Assembly (NCBI GenBank): GCA_029775965.1
Contig: JARVJU010000007.1
Coordinates: 10,695 to 74,694, forward strand
Length of the DNA: 64,000 nucleotides
Source: Nitrososphaeria archaeon
GTDB taxonomy: Archaea > Thermoproteota > Nitrososphaeria > Conexivisphaerales > DTJL01
Reading direction: 5' to 3'
How positions within the stretch are numbered: the stretch's first letter is position 1; every line of letters starts with the position of its first letter. The notes under the pieces are model-generated. The model had not been told where the DNA came from. It ran no database searches and was given only the letters and a program-made list of their open reading frames with translations. The translations under genes were made by a program, and so were the position numbers. Of this stretch, positions 56,882 to 64,000 are shown piece by piece.

Positions 56882-57806
56882 GAAAAGTAACCTTGCTATT
56901 GCACAGGCAAGTATTGTAGCTAATATGCTCATAAAGGCCAATAGTGAACTTGAGGTCGAGCTGGTTAAGATAAGCACTCTGGGAGATAAGAATGCTTTGC
57001 ATGGAAGATTAAAGCAAGATATGAAGACTGCTTTTACAAAAGAGCTGGAGGTAGCTCTGATAAATGGCGAGATAGATGCAGCAGTTCACAGCCTTAAGGA
57101 CTTACCCTCAGCATTACAGGATGGTCTGATAGTAGCTTCGTATCCTCCCAGGGATGACCCAAGGGATGTGTTAGTTAGTAAGAATAAAGTAAGTCTGAAT
57201 ATGCTGCCTGCAAACGCAAGGATAGGAACGAGCAGCATCAGAAGAAGAGTTCAACTTCTACAGCTCAGGCCTGACCTTCAAGTTGTAGAGCTTCATGGTA
57301 ATGTGGATACAAGGGTAAATAAAATGCAATCACTGGGTCTGGACGGAATAGTGCTCGCAGCAGCAGGCCTCAACAGACTTGGTATGCAAGAAGTGATCTC
57401 TCAGGTCTTTGACGTGGGAGAAATGATTCCTGCCGCAGGCCAAGGTATACTTGCAGTAGAAACCAATGAGAAAAATTCTTTTTTGGAACAGTTAAGGAGT
57501 ATAGATGACCCAAAATCAAGGGCAGAGGCTTTATGCGAAAGATCCTTTACCGCAGCATTAGGCGCAGGCTGCAACCTGCCAGTAGCTGTAAATGCAAAAT
57601 CCTATGGTGCAAAGCTAGAAATCCAGGCTATGATAGCTAGTCAGGATGGTAGCAAAGTCATAAAAGCTAGAGATTCTGGAAGCACCTCTGACCCAGAAGG
57701 TCTTGGAAAAAAGTTAGCAATCGATATGCTGAACAGAGGTGCTGAGTTTTACCTGAAAGAGGTTGCCGAACTTGAATACAAAGGTGATACTGGCAAGATC
57801 AAGTGA
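56856..57806 (+). CDS. hemC: Porphobilinogen deaminase (hydroxymethylbilane synthase)
   Basis: IRIGTRKSNLAIAQ, AVHSLKDLP, GTSSIRR, and the dipyrromethane Cys context GAGCNLP. Confidence 0.9.
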   Translation: MQKIRIGTRKSNLAIAQASIVANMLIKANSELEVELVKISTLGDKNALHGRLKQDMKTAFTKELEVALINGEIDAAVHSLKDLPSALQDGLIVASYPPRDDPRDVLVSKNKVSLNMLPANARIGTSSIRRRVQLLQLRPDLQVVELHGNVDTRVNKMQSLGLDGIVLAAAGLNRLGMQEVISQVFDVGEMIPAAGQGILAVETNEKNSFLEQLRSIDDPKSRAEALCERSFTAALGAGCNLPVAVNAKSYGAKLEIQAMIASQDGSKVIKARDSGSTSDPEGLGKKLAIDMLNRGAEFYLKEVAELEYKGDTGKIK

Positions 57807-58509
57807 GGGAAACTTCGCTCTAGCAAGAGAGCTGGAGAAGGTTGGGCTGCAGCCTATTCAGATTTCCACCGTTGAGTTTGAACCTCCTGAAGACTGGTCA
57901 GACGTAGATAAAGAGCTGAGAAGCATTGAAAATTATGATTGGTTGGTTTTCACATCATCTACCTCAGCAAAGTTCTTCTTGGATAGAATTAGAACTTTAA
58001 GAGTTCAATTACCTGATCTAAAAATAGCTGCTGTTGGATCAAAAACAGCTGCTGTACTTACAGCCAATGGTATCAGGGTTGACTTTATCCCTTCCAGATT
58101 CACTACGCAAAGATTAGCTATGGAGCTTCCGAAAAATGGTAATAGGGTATTGCTTCTTAGGGCAGATATAGCTGATGAACAGATGCTGATAAGTCTTCAG
58201 AATAGGGGGTTTAATGCAAAACAGGTAGCTGTTTACAGAAGTGTTGCTGTATCATCAAAGTACGCTTATGAAGAATTTTATGAAGCAAAGGCGATTCTGT
58301 TCGGAAGTGCTTCTGAAGTAAGAAATTTCTGCAGGATAGTTCCAGAAGACTTGCTTGACAGATTAAGAAAATCAAGCGTTGCTGCATGCATAGGTCCTGT
58401 AACAGCAGGAGAGGCAAAAGCTGAGGGTTTTTCCAATATATTAATACCCAAGGAGTATACTTTTGAATCTCTAATCTTGGAGCTGATACGTTACATTGAA
58501 AGAGAATGA
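57784..58509 (+). CDS. hemD: Uroporphyrinogen-III synthase
   Basis: About 241 aa HEM4-like two-domain pattern (WLVFTSS, AAVGSKTA, ACIGPVTA). Start GTG 57784 or TTG 57763. Confidence 0.7.
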   Translation: MILARSSEGNFALARELEKVGLQPIQISTVEFEPPEDWSDVDKELRSIENYDWLVFTSSTSAKFFLDRIRTLRVQLPDLKIAAVGSKTAAVLTANGIRVDFIPSRFTTQRLAMELPKNGNRVLLLRADIADEQMLISLQNRGFNAKQVAVYRSVAVSSKYAYEEFYEAKAILFGSASEVRNFCRIVPEDLLDRLRKSSVAACIGPVTAGEAKAEGFSNILIPKEYTFESLILELIRYIERE

Positions 58510-58516
58510 TAGTTAT

Positions 58517-59491
58517 ATGCTGAGATACAGACCAAGGAGGCTGCGAAGGACTGAAGAGATCAGGGAAATGGTGCGTGAAACAAGCTTGAACATATCAAAT
58601 TTCATCACACCAGTCTTCGTCAGAGAAGGAAATGGTATAGCTGAGGAGATAAAAAGCATGCCTGGTATATACAGATATACCCTTGACAAGCTTCCAAGCT
58701 ATCTTGCAAGTCTGCTCAATAAGAAGCTTAGAAGCATCATAATCTTCGGCATCCCAAGCGTAAAGGATGAAATGGGAAGCATGGCTTACTCAAAGGATGG
58801 GATAGTGCCAAGAGCCTTAAGACTGATCAAAAGAGAATACCCAGAGCTTGTTGTTGCTGCAGATGTATGTCTTTGTGAGTATACTTCGCACGGGCATTGT
58901 GGAGTTCTGAAGAAGGGGAGTGTAGATAATGATTCCACACTGAAGCTGCTAGCTAGAGCAGCTGTAGAATATGCTAACTCTGGAGCTGATATCGTTGCGC
59001 CAAGTGCAATGATGGATGGTCAGGTATCAGCGATAAGAGAGGCTTTGGACGAAAATGAATTAAAAGATACTATAATCATGTCTTATTCAGCAAAGCACGC
59101 TTCCGCTTTTTACGGCCCGTTCAGAGAAGCTGCTGAGTCAGCCCCAAGCTTTGGTGATAGAGCTAGCTATCAGATGCAGTACACAAATTCAAGGGAAGCT
59201 ATAAGGGAGATTCAGCTGGATGTTGAAGAGGGTGCTGATATAGTCATGGTGAAGCCTGCTTTGGCATACTTGGATATAATTTCGAAGGCAAGAGGGCTTA
59301 TCAATATTCCAATAGCTGCTTACAACGTAAGCGGAGAATATTCTATGCTTAAAGCTGCAGCAAGGCTGGGATGGCTTGATGAAGGAAGGGCTATGATCGA
59401 AATACTGACAGCTATCAGAAGGGCAGGGGCAGACCTTATAATAACCTACTTTTCTGAAAGGGCAAGTGACTTGTTAAGGGGGGAGCTGTAA
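58517..59491 (+). CDS. hemB: Porphobilinogen synthase (ALA dehydratase)
   Basis: YRPRRLR, zinc site DVCLCEYTSHGHCG, active-site Lys blocks SAMMDG and MVKPAL. Confidence 0.9.
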   Translation: MLRYRPRRLRRTEEIREMVRETSLNISNFITPVFVREGNGIAEEIKSMPGIYRYTLDKLPSYLASLLNKKLRSIIIFGIPSVKDEMGSMAYSKDGIVPRALRLIKREYPELVVAADVCLCEYTSHGHCGVLKKGSVDNDSTLKLLARAAVEYANSGADIVAPSAMMDGQVSAIREALDENELKDTIIMSYSAKHASAFYGPFREAAESAPSFGDRASYQMQYTNSREAIREIQLDVEEGADIVMVKPALAYLDIISKARGLINIPIAAYNVSGEYSMLKAAARLGWLDEGRAMIEILTAIRRAGADLIITYFSERASDLLRGEL

Positions 59492-60213
59492 TGGATGAAA
59501 CAGCTACAAGTCTGCAGAACAAAGAATTTGCAAAGAGAAAGATACTAAAATACAACTTCTTCAAAGTAGATAGAGAGTGGAAGGTTTTACAGAGTGAAAA
59601 AAAGAAGGAAGCTATTGCTGAGTTTATACAGATCGTCGAGAGGCATTTATCCAGCATTCAGATGAAATTTTATTCTCTTGTTGGTATAAGGGCTGATGCT
59701 GACTTTATGGTATGGATTATAGCAGATGAGATAGAGGACATTCAGAAATTTTACTCAGAACTTAACAGAAGTATACTCGGCAAATATCTTGAAACAACCT
59801 ATGCCTATACAGCTATGTCCAGACGTTCTAGGTACATTGCAGGTCATACACATGAAAATCAGGAAGGGGTTAGCGAAACCAGATTGCAGGGAAATTCAAA
59901 ATATCTCTTTGTCTATCCTTTTGTTAAGAAGAGAGAATGGTACAAACTGCCTTACAAGGAGAGGTTAAGAATGATGGCGGAGCATTTTAAAATAGGGCAC
60001 AAATATCCAAGCGTAAAGATAAACACAGGGTATTCGTTCGGCCTTGATGATCAAGAATTTGTTCTAGCCTTCGAATCAGATAGCTTGGCTGATTTTCTAG
60101 ACCTTGTAGAGGAACTGAGGGAATCAGATGCAAGCGCTTATACGCTTAGAGACACCCCGTCCTTCACATGTTTGGCTACGGAGCCAGAGCAGCTGCTGAT
60201 GATGCTTGGTTGA
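59491..60213 (+). CDS. hemQ: Chlorite-dismutase-family protein, HemQ/ChdC-like coproheme decarboxylase candidate
   Basis: 240 aa. FVYPFVKKREWYKLPYKERLRMMAEHFKIGHKY matches the HemQ/Cld-like core. It sits inside the hem operon with TAATG and TTGA overlaps. Confidence 0.75.
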   Translation: MDETATSLQNKEFAKRKILKYNFFKVDREWKVLQSEKKKEAIAEFIQIVERHLSSIQMKFYSLVGIRADADFMVWIIADEIEDIQKFYSELNRSILGKYLETTYAYTAMSRRSRYIAGHTHENQEGVSETRLQGNSKYLFVYPFVKKREWYKLPYKERLRMMAEHFKIGHKYPSVKINTGYSFGLDDQEFVLAFESDSLADFLDLVEELRESDASAYTLRDTPSFTCLATEPEQLLMMLG

Positions 60214-61499
60214 TATCAAATAAGCAGAATAGGTCAGATTACCTCTACGAGAGGGCATTGAAAGTTATGGTAGGGGGTGTAAACAGTCCTGTCAGGTCAT
60301 TCAGAGCGGTAGGAGGGAAACCCATCTTTTTCCGGAAAGGCAAAGGATCAAGGCTGTTCGATGTGGACGGAAAAAGCTACTTGGATTATGTCTGTTCCTG
60401 GGGAGCTCTTATACTTGGACATGCCGATGATGAAGTAACAGAAGCTATATGCAGGGCTGCGATGGAAGGGACAAGCTTCGGTGCACCCTGCGAGGCAGAA
60501 GTGAAGCTTGCTGAAGAAGTTACAGAAAGAATGAAAAGCGTAGAAATGGTCAGGTTTGTAAATTCTGGTACAGAGGCTACAATGTCAGCTATAAGGTTGG
60601 CTAGAGGTTATACAGGTAAAAAGAAGATAATAAAATTTGCAGGTTGTTACCACGGACATTATGACTCATTTTTGGCAGATTCGGGATCTGGGATGGCTAC
60701 TTTTTCCATACCTATATCTGCAGGAGTGATAGATGATACGATAAAGCATACACTGACCCTGGCGTACAATGATGTAGCAATGCTAGAAAATGTCATGGCA
60801 GAATGGAGAGACGATGTAGCTGCTGTTATATTAGAGCCCATTGCTGGGAACATGGGCGTTGTTCCAGCAAGCAAAGAGTTTATCGAAAAGGCAAGAGAGC
60901 TCTGCGATAAGTACAATTCTTTACTCATCTTCGACGAAGTTATATCAGGATTCAGAGTTGCAAGGGGTGGAGCGCAAGAGCTCTACGGGATCAAGCCAGA
61001 TATAACATGCTTGGGCAAAATAATCGGAGGAGGCATGCCTGTAGGTGCCTATGGAGGAAGTAGACAGATAATGAAGCATATAGCGCCAGAAGGAAATGTG
61101 TATCAAGCTGGTACTCTAGCCGGAAACCCTGTAGCTATGTCTGCGGGATTGGCAACTCTCAGAAAGCTTGGTATGCAGCAGTATGAACAGCTGGAAAGAT
61201 TATCATATATGCTTGAGCATGGAATAAAAGCTGCAGCTGAAGAAAATAAAGTAAGCATCAGCATAAACAGGGTTGGGTCGATGATAGGGATATTTTTTAC
61301 AGATAGTGATGTTAAGAATTATGTAGATGCCAGAAAGACAGATGCTAAAGCTTACTCCAAATTCTTTCATTACATGCTTACTTTAGGAGTTTATCTTCCT
61401 CCTTCTCCTTTTGAGACAGTATTTCTTAGCACTTCCCATTCTGATGAGGATATAAGAATGACTGTTGAAAGTGCTTCGAAGGCTTTTCAAGTGATATAG
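60210..61499 (+). CDS. hemL: Glutamate-1-semialdehyde 2,1-aminomutase
   Basis: GGVNSPVRSF, FDEVISGFR, and pyridoxal Lys context CLGKIIGGG. TTG 60210 overlaps the hemQ stop. Confidence 0.9.
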   Translation: MISNKQNRSDYLYERALKVMVGGVNSPVRSFRAVGGKPIFFRKGKGSRLFDVDGKSYLDYVCSWGALILGHADDEVTEAICRAAMEGTSFGAPCEAEVKLAEEVTERMKSVEMVRFVNSGTEATMSAIRLARGYTGKKKIIKFAGCYHGHYDSFLADSGSGMATFSIPISAGVIDDTIKHTLTLAYNDVAMLENVMAEWRDDVAAVILEPIAGNMGVVPASKEFIEKARELCDKYNSLLIFDEVISGFRVARGGAQELYGIKPDITCLGKIIGGGMPVGAYGGSRQIMKHIAPEGNVYQAGTLAGNPVAMSAGLATLRKLGMQQYEQLERLSYMLEHGIKAAAEENKVSISINRVGSMIGIFFTDSDVKNYVDARKTDAKAYSKFFHYMLTLGVYLPPSPFETVFLSTSHSDEDIRMTVESASKAFQVI

Positions 61500-62519
61500 T
61501 TGACTCATGTATTTCTTGATGCATGTAAAAGAAAGAAAGTAGAATATACGCCTGTATGGTTCATGAGGCAGGCTGGCAGGTATCTGCCCAGTTATGCAAA
61601 GATGAAGGGGAATAGAGGTGTGTTGCAAGCAGTAAAGGACCCAGAGCTTGCCTCAGATATAGCGGTAGAGCCTGTCAAGCTACTGGGAACTGATGCTGCA
61701 ATAATCTATGCAGACATAATGATTCCTCTTGAAGCGATTGGTATAGATCTTAGCATAAAAGAGCATTACGGGCCTTTAATAGCAAGGCCTTTCAAAAGTG
61801 AAAAGGATGTAGAAAGAATAAAGGAGCTAAAGCCAGAGAAGCTATACTTTCTGGGGGAAGCAATTAAGAAGATTAAAGCGAAATTACAAAAATCCATACC
61901 TGTAATAGGCTTTTCTGCAGCCCCTTTTACCTTGGCAAGCTATCTGATAGAGGGAGGCCCGAGTAGTGATTTTGTAAAGACCAGAATGGCTATGCATGAC
62001 GAGATTCTCTGGCAAAAAATAATGGGTTCTCTTGTAGACCTGATCTCTGATTATCTAGCCTATCAGGTTGAATATGGTATAGATGCTGTGCAACTCTTTG
62101 ATAGCTGGGCAGGTGCGGTATCCAGCTCAGACTACGAGAGATTCATTCTTCCGTATACTAAAAGAGTATTCTCAAATCTACCAGCGAACTTACCCAAGAT
62201 ACACTTCTGCGCCAATTCTTCACACCTGATCGAGAAGTTCGCACAGACAGGAGCGGATGTATTATCTGTCGACTGGAGGGTTGACATCGCATCTGTCTGG
62301 AAGAGAACTGATGAAAAGCTTGCAGTGCAGGGTAACCTTGACCCTGCTCTTGCCGTAGTTGGCGGAAAGGAGATGCAGCTAGCTGTCAGTAAAATAATGC
62401 AGGCTGCCTATGGGCACAAAGGTCACATATTCAACCTGGGCCATGGAGTGCTGAAAGAGACAAACCCCGAAAATTTGAAGAAGATAGTAAAGATTGTTCA
62501 CAGATGGGAGATGGCATGA
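61500..62519 (+). CDS. hemE: Uroporphyrinogen decarboxylase
   Basis: TPVWFMRQAGRYLPSY signature. 339 aa. Confidence 0.9.
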   Translation: MTHVFLDACKRKKVEYTPVWFMRQAGRYLPSYAKMKGNRGVLQAVKDPELASDIAVEPVKLLGTDAAIIYADIMIPLEAIGIDLSIKEHYGPLIARPFKSEKDVERIKELKPEKLYFLGEAIKKIKAKLQKSIPVIGFSAAPFTLASYLIEGGPSSDFVKTRMAMHDEILWQKIMGSLVDLISDYLAYQVEYGIDAVQLFDSWAGAVSSSDYERFILPYTKRVFSNLPANLPKIHFCANSSHLIEKFAQTGADVLSVDWRVDIASVWKRTDEKLAVQGNLDPALAVVGGKEMQLAVSKIMQAAYGHKGHIFNLGHGVLKETNPENLKKIVKIVHRWEMA

Positions 62520-63391
62520 AGGCGATACTTCTTACTGCTTATGGCTCTCCTTCCAACCTTGATGATGTGGAGAGATATTATACACACATAAGAGGAGGTA
62601 GAAAGCCTACAGAGCAGCAGCTCAATGAGTTGGTTGAAAAGTACAGAAGAATAGGAGGTTCTCCACTGCTTCAGATTACATTTAGTCAGGCTAAGGCGCT
62701 TGAAGCCATGATAAAAAGCAAAGGAACTGATGTCAAAGTATACTTTGGCATGAAACATTCCCATCCTTTTATATCTGAGGTTATGGAGGATGTTAAGAAT
62801 CATGGTATAGATTCTCTGCTTGTAATACCTCTAGCCCCCCACTATTCCAGGCTGAGCACAGAAGGCTACATAAAGGCGGTGGAAGATTCAAAGGGATCAG
62901 TAAATACTCATTACGTAAAGTCATGGCATAATCAGCCTGAGTTTATAGATGCATGGGCAAACAATATATTGAGATTTAAGGGTGATTTCCATCTACTATA
63001 CTCTGCACACAGTCTTCCCGAGAGAATAATAAATGAAGGTGACCCTTACAGACAGGAACTGCTAGAGACCTGCAGCCTTATAAATTCAAAGGTTAACCCG
63101 AGAAGATGGAGTTTCGCCTTCCAGAGCGCGGGGAGGACTGATGAGAAGTGGCTAGGGCCAGACATATTGGAACACTTGGAATCTCTGTACAATCTAGGTG
63201 AAAGGAATTTTCTTGTAGCTCCTATAGGCTTTGTGTCAGACCATCTTGAGGTTCTGTATGATATTGATGTAGAATGCGTAGAATGGGCAAAGAGAAAGGG
63301 TGTAGAGCTGAAGAGGTGCCCCTCGTTTAACGACTCACACGAATTTATTTACTGTCTATACTCGATAGCAAAGAACTATGGATATGCATGA
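62516..63391 (+). CDS. hemH: Ferrochelatase (soluble, Bacillus-like size)
   Basis: ILLTAYGSP, YSAHSLPERI, GFVSDHLEVLYDID. ATGA overlap with hemE. Confidence 0.85.
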   Translation: MKAILLTAYGSPSNLDDVERYYTHIRGGRKPTEQQLNELVEKYRRIGGSPLLQITFSQAKALEAMIKSKGTDVKVYFGMKHSHPFISEVMEDVKNHGIDSLLVIPLAPHYSRLSTEGYIKAVEDSKGSVNTHYVKSWHNQPEFIDAWANNILRFKGDFHLLYSAHSLPERIINEGDPYRQELLETCSLINSKVNPRRWSFAFQSAGRTDEKWLGPDILEHLESLYNLGERNFLVAPIGFVSDHLEVLYDIDVECVEWAKRKGVELKRCPSFNDSHEFIYCLYSIAKNYGYA

Positions 63392-63546
63392 ATAAAGAGG
63401 CTCTATCTCTTAGCTCTTGCAATAATGCTAGCATCAAGGAAAGAGTTCAGCTCTTTAGCCTGCCTGAGCTTCCATGAACCCTTATGGTATGCATATGCTG
63501 CAAGCAAGGGAAATGTGACTGTAGCTTATAAATATAAATCTTTGTG

Positions 63547-63729
63547 TTACTCCTTTAAGACATCCTTGATTCTTATCCTCTGCATATTTGAAGCAGAGGC
63601 GCAATTATTACAGATAAGTATTCTCTTCCTGACCTTGTATACTTTATGGTCTTTACCAATCACCTCTTGCTCTACAGTCTGTATAGACATGGGTGTGCCG
63701 CATACAGGACAATTGAATGGTATTATCAT
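63547..63729 (-). CDS. Small zinc-ribbon protein (hypothetical)
   Basis: 60 aa with CPVCG...CNNC. ATGA-coupled to the upstream 80-aa ORF. Confidence 0.3.
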   Translation of the reverse strand: MIIPFNCPVCGTPMSIQTVEQEVIGKDHKVYKVRKRILICNNCASASNMQRIRIKDVLKE

Positions 63730-63968
63730 AGTATAAAACCTACAGAGTTTAAATCATTCTGAGTCAGCATTCCAAGCTGTAAATACAGCCTCACCAGAGC
63801 CTCTACCGTATCTGGATATCCTTGGGGTTTTCTGAAATCAGGTAAAGAAAACCAATGGGTACTTTTTTCAATCTGCTGGAACAAGGGTAGCCTAAGTAAT
63901 CTTCTCTCCGCATTTGAAAGAGGAGGGAATCCACGTGCAGCCCTTACCTGCTCTATCTCTGCCTCCAT
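63726..63968 (-). CDS. Small hypothetical protein
   Basis: 80 aa ORF with an ATG start, translationally coupled to the zinc-ribbon ORF. No motif recognised. Confidence 0.25.
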   Translation of the reverse strand: MEAEIEQVRAARGFPPLSNAERRLLRLPLFQQIEKSTHWFSLPDFRKPQGYPDTVEALVRLYLQLGMLTQNDLNSVGFIL

Positions 63969-64000
63969 TTTGGCTATATCAAAGCTTGTAAGTTCTATTC

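Noticed and set aside
63425-63736. 103-aa plus-strand ORF after hemH
   Set aside because: It has a hydrophobic low-complexity sequence and overlaps the minus-strand zinc-ribbon ORF, which has a CxxC...CxxC pattern and translational coupling. The plus-strand ORF is judged the less likely of the two, though neither is proven.

Overview
About 42% GC, densely packed archaeal chromosomal DNA. Operons use ATGA/TTGA overlaps, and AT-rich TATA-like boxes sit about 25-30 nt before many start codons. All three tRNA genes are interrupted by bulge-helix-bulge (BHB) introns: five introns, four at non-canonical positions. This points to a TACK / Thermoproteales-like crenarchaeon; that assignment is inference, not a database hit.

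Most of the window is housekeeping:
- an ECF transporter module and alkaline-phosphatase-superfamily phosphoesterases
- an argG-argH-lysW-lysX-lysY-lysZ-lysJ-lysK carrier-protein arginine/lysine cluster
- pdaD, priL, queT-queC, alaS and leuS
- a biotin-dependent acyl-CoA carboxylase (pccB-accC-accB) next to a zinc MDR reductase
- a VKOR/DUF929 thiol-oxidoreductase pair and core metE
- a glycerate kinase / pyruvate kinase / enolase-superfamily dehydratase / enolase block, and trpS
- a nine-gene tetR-hemA-hemC-hemD-hemB-hemQ-hemL-hemE-hemH cluster

Accessory or decaying DNA is confined to two spots. The first is a pseudogene island around a frameshifted tnpB (about 39.0-41.1 kb). The second is a roughly 430 bp tnpB-derived remnant lying between the arms of a 25 bp inverted repeat, between glycerate kinase and pyruvate kinase (49.24-49.67 kb).

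I saw no rRNA, CRISPR array, integrase or recognisable defence system. The most notable observations are the three-intron tRNA-Asn, the bacterial-type coproporphyrin-style heme cluster in an archaeal context, the split palindrome carrying a tnpB/omega-RNA-type remnant, the VKOR-DUF929 pairing and a cysteine-less PriL C-terminal domain. Everything rests on manual reading and remembered family motifs; no searches were run.
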